In this document: in pieces, positions 29,371 through 39,102 of the stretch
Position numbering within the stretch: the first letter of the stretch is position 1
How the letters are laid out: every line of letters begins with the position of its first letter
NCBI GenBank assembly: GCA_016840085.1
Contig: JAEOTA010000041.1
Coordinates: 1 to 47,155 of the forward strand
Direction of reading: 5' to 3'
Source: Promethearchaeota archaeon
GTDB lineage: Archaea; Asgardarchaeota; Lokiarchaeia; Sigyniarchaeales; SOKP01
DNA: 47,155 nucleotides
The notes under the pieces: generated by a model
What the model was told of the DNA's origin: nothing
What the model saw: the letters and a program-made list of their open reading frames with translations, nothing else
The model's database searches: none
Position numbers and translations under genes: made by a program

Positions 29371-31185
29371 GTGTTAAAATTGGAAAAACATATAGGAGTA
29401 AAAAGGCTTAGAGGATCTATTCCTAAAATCGGCATTCGTCCTACGATTGATGGAAGAGAAAAAGGTGTACGCGAATCGTTAGAAGAGCAAACTTTAGGGA
29501 TGGCTCAATCTGTAGTAGAGTTATTATCTAGTAATTTAAGGCACCCTAATGGATTGCCAGTTGAATGTATTATCGCAGATACAACAATCGGAGGGATTGC
29601 TCAAGCAGCTATTTGTGCTGAGAAATTTAAAAGAGAAAATGTAGGTCTATCTATAACAGTAACACCTTGTTGGTGCTATGGATCAGAAACAATGGATATT
29701 AATCCTTATATACCCAAAGCAATTTGGGGTTTTAATGGAACTGAAAGACCTGGTGCTGTTTATCTTGCGGCAGTTTTGGCTGCTCACGCGCAAAAAGGTC
29801 TACCCGCGTTTGGTATCTATGGAAAAGATGTTCAAGATGAAGATGACACAAGTATTCCTGAAGATGTTGAAGAAAAAATTTTACGATTTGCGAGAGCAGG
29901 CTTAGCTGTAGCATGGATGAGGGGAAAATCATATTTATCTATAGGTGGAGTATCAATGGGGATTGCAGGTTCGATAGTTAATGAAAAATATTTTCAGGAT
30001 TATCTCGGGATGAGAAATGAATATGTAGATATGTCCGAAATTTCTAGAAGATTAAGCGAAAAAATTTATGACTATGAAGAATTCAACAGCGCTATAAAAT
30101 GGGTTAGAAAAAATTGTAAAGAGGGAAAAGATACAAATCCCCCTGAAGTTCAAAAATCAAGAGAACAGAAGGATCAAGAATGGGAAATTATGGTCAAGAT
30201 GACAATGATTTGTAGAGACCTTATGATTGGTAATCCTAAATTAAAAGAATTAGGATTCGGAGAGGAATCATTAGGACATAACGCTATAGCTGCAGGTTTC
30301 CAAGGACAACGCCATTGGACAGACTTTATGCCAAATGGAGATTTTACAGAAACAATTTTAAACAGCTCCTTTGATTGGAATGGTATTAGGCAACCTTATA
30401 TTCTAACGACTGAAAATGATGCCTTAAATGGTATTGCGATGTTATTTGGGCACCTTTTAACTCAAACATCTCAGATTTTCGCAGATGTGAGAACTTATTG
30501 GAGTCCAGAAGCAGTTAAACGTGTTACTGGTAAAGTCTTATCTGGTAAGGCAGAAAATGGATTAATTCACCTAATTAATTCCGGTTCCGCAACAATAGAC
30601 GGTACAGGACTACAAGAGATTAATGAAAAGCCTGCTTTAAAGCCATTTTGGCAAATAATTGAGGATGAGGTTGAGAAATGTTTAACAGCTACAAAATGGG
30701 ATGCGGCAATTCACGAGTATTTCCGTGGGGGAGGTTTTTCCTCTAATTTTTTAACAAGGGGAGAAATGCCAATGACCTTATCACGAGTAAATATTATTAA
30801 AGGAATTGGATTAGTACTTCAATTGGCAGAAGGATGGGCAATCAATATTCCAGAGGAAATTCATAGAATTTTAGATGATCGCACAAATAATACATGGCCG
30901 ACAACTTGGTTTGTACCAAGATTAACAAGCGAGGGAGCCTTTCAAACAGTCTATGATGTCATTAATAAATGGGGCGCAAATCATGGTTCATTATGTTATG
31001 GTCATATCGGTTCTGATCTAATTACCCTTGCATCGATGTTAAGAATTCCAGTGTGTATGCATAATATTCAGAAGGTCAGCATATTTAGACCAAGTACATG
31101 GAATGGTTTTGGAACAGAAGATTTGGAAAGTGCCGATTTTCGTGCCTGTGCAAATTTTGGACCTCTCTATGGTAATTTCAAATAA
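29371..31185 (+). CDS. fucI: L-fucose isomerase
   Basis: [67 protein letters not shown]. Confidence 0.95.
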   Translation: MLKLEKHIGVKRLRGSIPKIGIRPTIDGREKGVRESLEEQTLGMAQSVVELLSSNLRHPNGLPVECIIADTTIGGIAQAAICAEKFKRENVGLSITVTPCWCYGSETMDINPYIPKAIWGFNGTERPGAVYLAAVLAAHAQKGLPAFGIYGKDVQDEDDTSIPEDVEEKILRFARAGLAVAWMRGKSYLSIGGVSMGIAGSIVNEKYFQDYLGMRNEYVDMSEISRRLSEKIYDYEEFNSAIKWVRKNCKEGKDTNPPEVQKSREQKDQEWEIMVKMTMICRDLMIGNPKLKELGFGEESLGHNAIAAGFQGQRHWTDFMPNGDFTETILNSSFDWNGIRQPYILTTENDALNGIAMLFGHLLTQTSQIFADVRTYWSPEAVKRVTGKVLSGKAENGLIHLINSGSATIDGTGLQEINEKPALKPFWQIIEDEVEKCLTATKWDAAIHEYFRGGGFSSNFLTRGEMPMTLSRVNIIKGIGLVLQLAEGWAINIPEEIHRILDDRTNNTWPTTWFVPRLTSEGAFQTVYDVINKWGANHGSLCYGHIGSDLITLASMLRIPVCMHNIQKVSIFRPSTWNGFGTEDLESADFRACANFGPLYGNFK

Positions 31186-31214
31186 AATTTAATATATAAT
31201 TACGTTGTAATAGT

Positions 31215-32588
31215 GTGTTAAAAAAAATGAACTATACTTCTGAGAAAGACTCAATAAAGAACCATCAAGTTCCCAAATGGTTTCACGATGCTAAGCTTGG
31301 CATTTTTATCCATTGGGGGCTCTTTTCTGTTCCCGCATTTGCGGTTGGAAAATTTGATTTAGGAGAATCCATGAAAAGAGGAATTGAAGAGCATTTTAAA
31401 AATAATCCGTATGCTGAATGGTATTTAAATTCTTTAAGAATTGCTGGAAGTCCAACTCAAAAATTTCATAAGGAAAATTATGGAGATAACTTTTCTTACG
31501 ATGATTTTGTCCCTATATTTAATGATGAAATAAAAAAATGGAATCCGGATGAAATGGTTGATTTATTTAAAAGAGCAGGTGCTAAATATGCTGTTCTTGT
31601 TACAAAACATCATGACGGGTTCTTACTATGGCCAAGTAAACACCCCAATCCCAAAAAGGAAGGTTATCATGCAAGACGTAATATAGTCGGTGAGCTTAGT
31701 AAAGCGGTTAAAAAAAAAGGATTAAAGATGGGATTTTACTATTCTGGAGCATTAGATTGGTCTTGGACTCCGAATCCAATTAAAGATGGTAAGAGTTTTT
31801 TAACAAATGGTCCAAGTGAAATTGAATATACTCATTATGCTAACAACCATTGGTATGAGTTAATTGATGATTATGACCCTATTATCTTATGGAATGATAT
31901 AGGATATCCACCAAATACAAATGTTTATGAAATTTTCGCATATTTTTATAACAAACATCCCGACGGTGTAATTAATGATAGATGGAGGCAATATCATAAA
32001 TCTGAAATAAAGCATCCTAAAGTTAAGCATTGGGACTTTACAACTCCAGAATATGCAATGATGCCAAATATAACTGATTATAAATGGGAAAGTACTCGTG
32101 GAATTGGCTACTCCTTTGGATATAATAAAATGGAGGATGATGACGATTATCTTAATTCGGAAAAATTAATACGAATGTTTATAGACATCGTAAGTAAAAA
32201 TGGAAATCTTTTACTTAATGTTGGACCTATGGCGGATGGTACAATACCAGAACCGCAAAAGAAAGCAATATTGGGTCTTGGAAAATGGCTTGATCTAAAT
32301 AATGAAGCAATATTTGGAACTCGACCTTGGAAAAGAGCAGAGGGAAAAACTATAGATGATATTGATCTAAGATTTACAAAGAAAAATGATGAATTATACA
32401 TACATCTATTAGATAAACCACAAGGAAATACCATAACAATCCTATCACTAAATTTAGCAGAGTCCAAAAAAATACAGTTATTAGGTGATAAAGGGAATCT
32501 AAAATGGAAACAAGATGGTGAAAACATTGTGGTTTCTTTACCAGAAGATTTATCTGAATCTGCTGCTTATGTTTTAAAAATATTTTAA
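31215..32588 (+). CDS. Alpha-L-fucosidase, GH29
   Basis: P.WF.DAKLGIFIHWG, AEWY, TKHHDGF, LWND nucleophile, INDRW, VSKNGNLLLNVGP; no signal peptide apparent. Confidence 0.93.
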   Translation: MLKKMNYTSEKDSIKNHQVPKWFHDAKLGIFIHWGLFSVPAFAVGKFDLGESMKRGIEEHFKNNPYAEWYLNSLRIAGSPTQKFHKENYGDNFSYDDFVPIFNDEIKKWNPDEMVDLFKRAGAKYAVLVTKHHDGFLLWPSKHPNPKKEGYHARRNIVGELSKAVKKKGLKMGFYYSGALDWSWTPNPIKDGKSFLTNGPSEIEYTHYANNHWYELIDDYDPIILWNDIGYPPNTNVYEIFAYFYNKHPDGVINDRWRQYHKSEIKHPKVKHWDFTTPEYAMMPNITDYKWESTRGIGYSFGYNKMEDDDDYLNSEKLIRMFIDIVSKNGNLLLNVGPMADGTIPEPQKKAILGLGKWLDLNNEAIFGTRPWKRAEGKTIDDIDLRFTKKNDELYIHLLDKPQGNTITILSLNLAESKKIQLLGDKGNLKWKQDGENIVVSLPEDLSESAAYVLKIF

Positions 32589-32610
32589 ATCTACCTTTTT
32601 TCATTTTCGG

Positions 32611-35304
32611 TTAGCTAGAAAACTCATAATAACCTGAACCAATATTAAACACCACATAATTATCCTCTTTTGACTTAAAGGTTATGCCTAAATGACCTGG
32701 TTCTTTTTCCCCGTTATCCCATATAACATTATTACCCTCTTTAATAATGGGATCTTTATCTTTAATTGGAACCCACACTTCAGCATCACACCCAACAGGA
32801 ACGATTACAGTAAGCTTGAAATTTAAATCTTTTTTCTCCCATGCACTGTAAATTAGCCCTTTAATTGTATTTAGTTTTGCTTGAGCAAAATTCATATCTT
32901 CTGATATAAATGGTTTTATTCTAAATATTTCCCATCCAGGTGTTAAAGATTTAATTCCGGCTATTGTTTTATAAAACCATGTATCTACTGATCCAAGCAT
33001 AATGTGATTGTGTGAATTCATCCCTGAGCTTTCAAGTTTTTCCCACCTTTCCCATAAGGTAGTTGCCCCTTCTCTTATCATATAACCGTAACTGGGAAAA
33101 CTCTTTTGATTTATCATCTTATATGCGATTTCAGGGTATCCATTATCAGATAGCACTTCAAAAATATATCTCGTTCCCACAATCCCGGTGTCAATGTGAT
33201 AATCATAATGCCCCTTTATAGCTTCTATGAGGTAATTCAATATCGACTTTTCTTTATTTTCTGGAACCATATTTAGGTAAAGTGGAAGGACATTTGCTGT
33301 TTGACTTATCGCCCCATCCGTAAAGGATACTTTAATATATTTATAAGTACGCATTAGAAATTCTCTATTAAAATCATTCTTAATTTCTTCTGCCTTTTCA
33401 GAGTATTCATTGCAATCACTGTCATTGCTTAAGATTTTTGCAATTTTTGAAAATATTAATGTATCATGATAATAATACCAGGTTGAAACCAAATCCAACG
33501 GCGTTCTTTTTGAAACGATACACATTGGAGGGCACCAATCACCATATTTACTTCCTACTGACAGAATATTGTCTTTAGCGTTGCTATAAAGAAAATCGAT
33601 ATAATTTTTCAATGATTCATAATGTTCTTTAAGTATTTCTATGTCATTATAATACCAGTACATATACCATGCTATTGTGATATAAGCGGAACCCCATGCA
33701 GGATCAGCAGGATATATAGGCCAATAAGGAGGAACTACATCAGAGAGACTACCATTTTCCTTTTGGGATAACTTTATATCTCGCAAATATTTAGTATAGA
33801 AACGTGCCATATCAAAATTTAACATCGCCTCCTCACTTACAAGTTGTGCATCTCCCATCCATCCATGTCTTTCATCCCTCTGTGGACAATCTGTTGGAAT
33901 GCTCATTAAATTACTTAACTGCCCCCAAATGATATTTGTATGAATCTTATTGATTAAATCATTAGAGCAAATGAATTCACTTACCTTAGGTACATTACTA
34001 TGGAAAAAATATCCTTCAATAGATTCTTTTGATGGAACACCTGGATATCCTGTCAACTCAACATATCTAAATCCATGATAAGTGAATTGAGGTTGATATA
34101 TTTCTTCTCCTTCTCCTTTAAGAATATAAATCTCGTTTACGGAGGCATTTCTATTAGTAGCATAATTTAAAGTCCCATCTTCTTTTAAAATTTCAGCAAA
34201 TTTTAAAGTTACTTGACATCCTCTAGGCCCTCGGACTTTTAAGCGGACAAATCCTGTAAAATTTTGACCAAAATCATAAACATACATTCCAGATTGAGGA
34301 CTGTCTATTTTTTTAGGTTTCATAATTTTTGTTATGCGGATAGGTTGCATTAACTGGGAAGCTAAATTATAACCCTCGACTACAGATACGTTATCCCATG
34401 CAGAATCCTCAAACTTTGGTTTGTCCCATCCTGGCATTTCAAATCGAGCATCGTATTTCTCACCATAATAGATTCCATTCTCTAAAATTGGTCCAGTTGA
34501 TACTTTCCAACTCTCGTCAGTACATATAATTCCGCTTGTACCATCTGTATATTGTATTTGAATCTGTACAATGAGTTTAGGGTAATCATACCCATAAAGT
34601 TCAACACATCGCACATTTCCTAATATCACTCCAATGGCGTTGCTTTCTTGCAGATCATTAGAAATATCATAGGTGGAATAGAGTGCAATTTTATTGTAAT
34701 CCGTCTGAGCAGGATCTAATATTCGATCTCCAATTCTGATTCCATTTAATCTCAATACATAATATCCTAATCCGCTTATATAGAGTTTAGCTGTTTCAAT
34801 TGGTTTTTTCACATCAAATTCTTTTCTTAAATAGATTGCATTAACTTCTTTTAATCTACCAAAAAGACCTCTTTGTCCTGATTTATACTGCAAATTTCTC
34901 CTTGTTTGTTTATCAACAAATTCTTTTTTGCTTATCCATTTTGCTTTCCAATCAGATTCTTCTAAAAGTGCCGTTCCAAAAGAAGAAATTTCACTAAAAC
35001 TGCTTTCTGAGCCATCTTTATCCCACCATTTTACACGCCAATAATATATATTATTACTTTTCAATGGTTTGCCATTATATTCTATACTGATATTACTATC
35101 TGAAATAACCTTTCCAGTATCCCACACATCACCTTCCTCTAAACTTGAGAGGGATTCTTCTGAAGAAACAATGATTTGGTAAGCTGATTGAGATTGATTT
35201 CTCTTTTCATGATTTAAAATCCAAGAGAAACGTGGATTTGGTATATCTAATTCGATAGGGTTTTCGAGATATTCACATCTTAAATCAAAAGGAGGTTGAA
35301 TCAT
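32611..35304 (-). CDS. Alpha-L-rhamnosidase, GH78
   Basis: DLRCEYLENP, DFGQN, FTYHGFRY, PTDCPQRDER.GW.GD, GATTLWERW, SHNH. Confidence 0.92.
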   Translation of the reverse strand: MIQPPFDLRCEYLENPIELDIPNPRFSWILNHEKRNQSQSAYQIIVSSEESLSSLEEGDVWDTGKVISDSNISIEYNGKPLKSNNIYYWRVKWWDKDGSESSFSEISSFGTALLEESDWKAKWISKKEFVDKQTRRNLQYKSGQRGLFGRLKEVNAIYLRKEFDVKKPIETAKLYISGLGYYVLRLNGIRIGDRILDPAQTDYNKIALYSTYDISNDLQESNAIGVILGNVRCVELYGYDYPKLIVQIQIQYTDGTSGIICTDESWKVSTGPILENGIYYGEKYDARFEMPGWDKPKFEDSAWDNVSVVEGYNLASQLMQPIRITKIMKPKKIDSPQSGMYVYDFGQNFTGFVRLKVRGPRGCQVTLKFAEILKEDGTLNYATNRNASVNEIYILKGEGEEIYQPQFTYHGFRYVELTGYPGVPSKESIEGYFFHSNVPKVSEFICSNDLINKIHTNIIWGQLSNLMSIPTDCPQRDERHGWMGDAQLVSEEAMLNFDMARFYTKYLRDIKLSQKENGSLSDVVPPYWPIYPADPAWGSAYITIAWYMYWYYNDIEILKEHYESLKNYIDFLYSNAKDNILSVGSKYGDWCPPMCIVSKRTPLDLVSTWYYYHDTLIFSKIAKILSNDSDCNEYSEKAEEIKNDFNREFLMRTYKYIKVSFTDGAISQTANVLPLYLNMVPENKEKSILNYLIEAIKGHYDYHIDTGIVGTRYIFEVLSDNGYPEIAYKMINQKSFPSYGYMIREGATTLWERWEKLESSGMNSHNHIMLGSVDTWFYKTIAGIKSLTPGWEIFRIKPFISEDMNFAQAKLNTIKGLIYSAWEKKDLNFKLTVIVPVGCDAEVWVPIKDKDPIIKEGNNVIWDNGEKEPGHLGITFKSKEDNYVVFNIGSGYYEFSS

Positions 35305-35505
35305 AACTAGTTTAATATCGACTATCTTAAAAATATAGCATTAGATATTAAGAATTATACATTAATGGAAAAAGCATTCAACATATAGATAGTTAAAATA
35401 TTTGCTTTTCTTACCTTTTTTATTGACTCTATTGAAATGATTATTAACTTTTATTAATAGAAAAAAGCTATTATGATCAGTATAAATTAGAAATCATGAA
35501 ATGAT

Positions 35506-36282
35506 ATGGATGAAAAATTTCTTGAAGGGAAAGGGGCAGTAATAACAGGTGGAGCATCTGGATTTGGCAGAGGAGCCGCATATACTCTCACAGAAAAAGG
35601 AGCAGATGTCGTATTAGCTGATATTAATGAAGAACTTCTAGAAGAAACAACAACAAAAGTAGAACAGACGACAACTAAGAAAGTAATCCCGATTGTCTGC
35701 GATGTTTCAATATCCGATCAAGTAAAAGCAATGGCAAAACAAACATTCGAAGAATTAAATAATGTATTTATTTTATTTAATAATGCAGGGACCGCAGATT
35801 ATTCTCTCAGGGATATAACACAAGTAAAGGAAGTAGACTGGGATAGAATATTGAATGTAAATTTGAAAGGACAATGGCTTGTTGCGAATTCTTTATTAAA
35901 AAAAATGAGAAAACAACCGTTTGAGCCTCTTGCTGGAAAAATGATATGTACATCTTCAATGGGTACTAAACAATTATCACCAATACTCCCAACCTATTGT
36001 ATATCAAAAGTTGGTGTCATTGCAATGGCAAAATTATTTGCAAAAGCTTTAGCACCTAAAATAACTGTAAATACAATATTACCTGGTATCCATACTACGG
36101 GCATATATCTAAATTCAGAAGATCTTATAAGAACAATGTTGAAAGCGGGGAATACCAGAATCCCTCTGGGTAGGATTGGGACAGTTGAGGATGTGACAAA
36201 TGTTTTGATGTCTTTAGCATCTCCTGCTTCAGATTATATTACAGGTCAGGAATTTCTTGTTACAGGTGGATTAGCTATTTAA
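35506..36282 (+). CDS. Short-chain dehydrogenase/reductase
   Basis: TGGASGFG, NNAG, YCISK (YxxxK), YITGQ. Confidence 0.9.
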   Translation: MDEKFLEGKGAVITGGASGFGRGAAYTLTEKGADVVLADINEELLEETTTKVEQTTTKKVIPIVCDVSISDQVKAMAKQTFEELNNVFILFNNAGTADYSLRDITQVKEVDWDRILNVNLKGQWLVANSLLKKMRKQPFEPLAGKMICTSSMGTKQLSPILPTYCISKVGVIAMAKLFAKALAPKITVNTILPGIHTTGIYLNSEDLIRTMLKAGNTRIPLGRIGTVEDVTNVLMSLASPASDYITGQEFLVTGGLAI

Positions 36283-36311
36283 TAAAGATTTGAAAATAAT
36301 TTAAAAACAGT

Positions 36312-37259
36312 GTGAAAGAAATGAGAGTAGCAGCAATCCAAATGACAACAGAATTAGGGAATATAAAAGTAAATTTAAAATCTGCAGAGCAGTTAGCACG
36401 TAGTGCGTTCAATGACGGTGCTGAATTGGTAATTTTACCTGAATTTTTTACAAGCGCAGTAGCATTTCATCCAAAAATGTTAGATGTTGTTAGACCTATT
36501 AACGGAGAGCCAACCCATTTACTAAGCCAACTTGCTAAAAAATATAATGGAATTATTGGAGGATCGTTTATTGCTCTGAGGGGTAAAGAAAGTTATAATA
36601 CTTTTGTTTTAACTTTTCCAGATGGCTCTTTATATTTCCATGATAAAGATCAACCAACGATGTGGGAAAATTGCTATTATATTGGTGGAACAGATGATGG
36701 AGTGCTTGAAACTAAGATTGGGAATATTGGCGCAGTGCTCTGTTGGGAATTTGTACGATCTCGAACAGCGAAACGCATGTTGGATCGCGTAGATATAGTA
36801 ATAGGAGGCTCATGCTGGTGGTCATTGTCCGAACAACCACTTGGAGGAACTCCATCAGAACTTCGGGAAAAGTCCTTGGAAATGATGATAGAAACGCCAT
36901 CTAAGTTTGCTCGAATGTTAGGTGTCCATGTAATACATGCTGCTCACGCAGGAGATTTTATTAGTGAAATGCCACTTATGCCAGATTTCCAATATAAGTC
37001 TTATTATGTAGGAGAAACTCAAATAGTAGATGGAAGTGGGAAAATTCTTGCTCGTATGAAACGTGAAGATGGTGAAGGATTTATTATAGTTGATATTGAT
37101 CTTAAAAAAAAATGGAAACCATCAGAAACAATCCCCGATCGCTTCTGGATACCGGATATGCCAAAAGAATTAAACCAGGCTTGGGAACTGTTAAATAATC
37201 ATGGGGAATCATATTATCGAGAAACAACGAAACCATATAGAAAGGAAAATCAAATATAA
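36312..37259 (+). CDS. Carbon-nitrogen hydrolase (nitrilase superfamily)
   Basis: E-K-C triad in LPEFF, HDK, LCWE. Confidence 0.85.
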   Translation: MKEMRVAAIQMTTELGNIKVNLKSAEQLARSAFNDGAELVILPEFFTSAVAFHPKMLDVVRPINGEPTHLLSQLAKKYNGIIGGSFIALRGKESYNTFVLTFPDGSLYFHDKDQPTMWENCYYIGGTDDGVLETKIGNIGAVLCWEFVRSRTAKRMLDRVDIVIGGSCWWSLSEQPLGGTPSELREKSLEMMIETPSKFARMLGVHVIHAAHAGDFISEMPLMPDFQYKSYYVGETQIVDGSGKILARMKREDGEGFIIVDIDLKKKWKPSETIPDRFWIPDMPKELNQAWELLNNHGESYYRETTKPYRKENQI

Positions 37260-37393
37260 ATCAAAAATTTGAATAATAATATTATATCAACTTTTTTTAA
37301 AAAAGAGATAAGCAAAAAGAGTCTATAAATTTATAGAGGTAGACGACTTAAAATTATTAATACAACTAAAAATATTTATTTCATAGAAAAATT

Positions 37394-37555
37394 ATGGATC
37401 AGAAAAAAGCAAAACGTGATCCTATTCATATTACTCTTGCAGATGTAGAACGAGCATATAAAAAAGTAGAGGAATTTCAACGTTTAATAGAGCGGGGAAA
37501 AACTCCAGAACAGATATTTAAGGATATGCTTAGGCTAATTGAAATTGATAAGTAA
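37394..37555 (+). CDS. Putative 53-aa small protein (MDQKKAKRDPIHITLADVERAYKKVEEFQRLIERGKTPEQIFKDMLRLIEIDK)
   Basis: ATG-TAA ORF with amphipathic helical composition in an otherwise very AT-rich gap; below ORF-track cutoff. Confidence 0.6.
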   Translation: MDQKKAKRDPIHITLADVERAYKKVEEFQRLIERGKTPEQIFKDMLRLIEIDK

Positions 37556-37791
37556 ATTTAGGTAAATTTAAAAATTCACTTTAAAAGATTACAATAATTG
37601 AACTTAAGCTAAGTTTTTTATATTTCTGATTTTCAATTTTTATTATTACTTAAGATCTTTTTACAATTGACTTATATTGGAGAGTAAATTCCCATATAAA
37701 TAATGTAAGAAAAATTTTTATTAAAAAAGACTCTACACTAATTATCAGTTTAATGCAAATTTGTACAAATAATAAGAAGAGATAGAGAAAG

Positions 37792-39084
37792 TTGGCTCAA
37801 AAAAATATATATGAATATGACGCTAAAAAGCTTTTACAGAGCTTATTACCGAAATACTTTCCAAAATTTAACTATCATGAGAAAGTAGCAGTAATAACTA
37901 ATGATATGAGTCTAGAAGAATTAGCTACTAATAATCCTTGGATCAAAACTGATAAGGTTGTGGCTAAACCTGATCAACTTTTTGGAAAGAGGGGTAAGGC
38001 TAATTTAATTTTACTTGATGCGAATTATGATAAATTAAAGGCTTTTTGTAATGAAAAATTAGGGAAGGAATTTCTAATTGGAAATAAAAAGGGAGAATTA
38101 ACACGTCTAATTATTGAACCATTTATCCCTCATAAAAAGGAATATTATGTTTCTATAACATCTGAAAGGTATAATGATGTAATTCATTTTAGTTTTGAAG
38201 GGGGTATATTTATTGAAGAAAATTGGGATAAAGTGACACATATTAAAATTCCTATAGGGATGGATATAAATTCATTTGATTTAAAAAGCAAATTGCCAGA
38301 TTTGGGTGACCTTGCTGAAATTTTAATACCTTTTATAAAAGGGCTTTATCAGGTGTATATAGATCAAGATTTTGCATTTCTTGAAATTAATCCATTTGCT
38401 ATAACTGAAGATAAGGAATTAGTCCCTTTAGACGTGAAAGCCCGATTAGACGACACAGCTATTTTTCTACATGGAGATACATGGGGTAATCCAGAAAACC
38501 CAATAGAATTTCCAGCTGGGTTTGGTCAAACAATGTCGGAAGAAGAAGCAAAAATTCATGAATTAGATGAAAAGACAGGGGCATCTCTAAAATTTACCAT
38601 TTTAAATAGGGATGGAAGGGTATGGACTATGGTTGCAGGGGGTGGTGCTTCAGTTATTTATACTGACACTGTAGTTGATCTTGGATTTGGGGATGAATTA
38701 GGAAATTATGGTGAATATAGTGGTAATCCTTCACGAGAACATACTGAAATCTATGCTCAAACAATTATAGACTTGATAACAGAGAATCCTGATCCCCAAG
38801 GAAAACCAAAATATCTTATTATTGGAGGTGGAATTGCTAATTTTACAGATGTGAAGGCGACGTTTACAGGAATTGTTAGTGCTATTAAAAACTCTATTGA
38901 TAAGCTTAAGAAAGCTAATATTAAAATATTTGTTCGCAGAGGCGGACCTAATGAGAAACAAGGTTTAGAACTTATGAAACATGTCGGCGAAGAAACCGGT
39001 ATTCAAATTGAAGTATATGATAGATATACACACATGACTAGGGTAGTTGAATTAATAAAAAAAGCAGAAGAGGGCAAAACCTAA
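37792..39084 (+). CDS. aclB: ATP-citrate lyase, ATP-grasp/citrate-binding subunit
   Basis: KPDQLFGKRGK, GRVWTMVAGGGASVIY.D, NYGEYSG, IGGGIANFTDV, RRGGPN. Confidence 0.92.
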   Translation: MAQKNIYEYDAKKLLQSLLPKYFPKFNYHEKVAVITNDMSLEELATNNPWIKTDKVVAKPDQLFGKRGKANLILLDANYDKLKAFCNEKLGKEFLIGNKKGELTRLIIEPFIPHKKEYYVSITSERYNDVIHFSFEGGIFIEENWDKVTHIKIPIGMDINSFDLKSKLPDLGDLAEILIPFIKGLYQVYIDQDFAFLEINPFAITEDKELVPLDVKARLDDTAIFLHGDTWGNPENPIEFPAGFGQTMSEEEAKIHELDEKTGASLKFTILNRDGRVWTMVAGGGASVIYTDTVVDLGFGDELGNYGEYSGNPSREHTEIYAQTIIDLITENPDPQGKPKYLIIGGGIANFTDVKATFTGIVSAIKNSIDKLKKANIKIFVRRGGPNEKQGLELMKHVGEETGIQIEVYDRYTHMTRVVELIKKAEEGKT

Positions 39085-39102
39085 TAAAGAGGAGATATAA
39101 AA

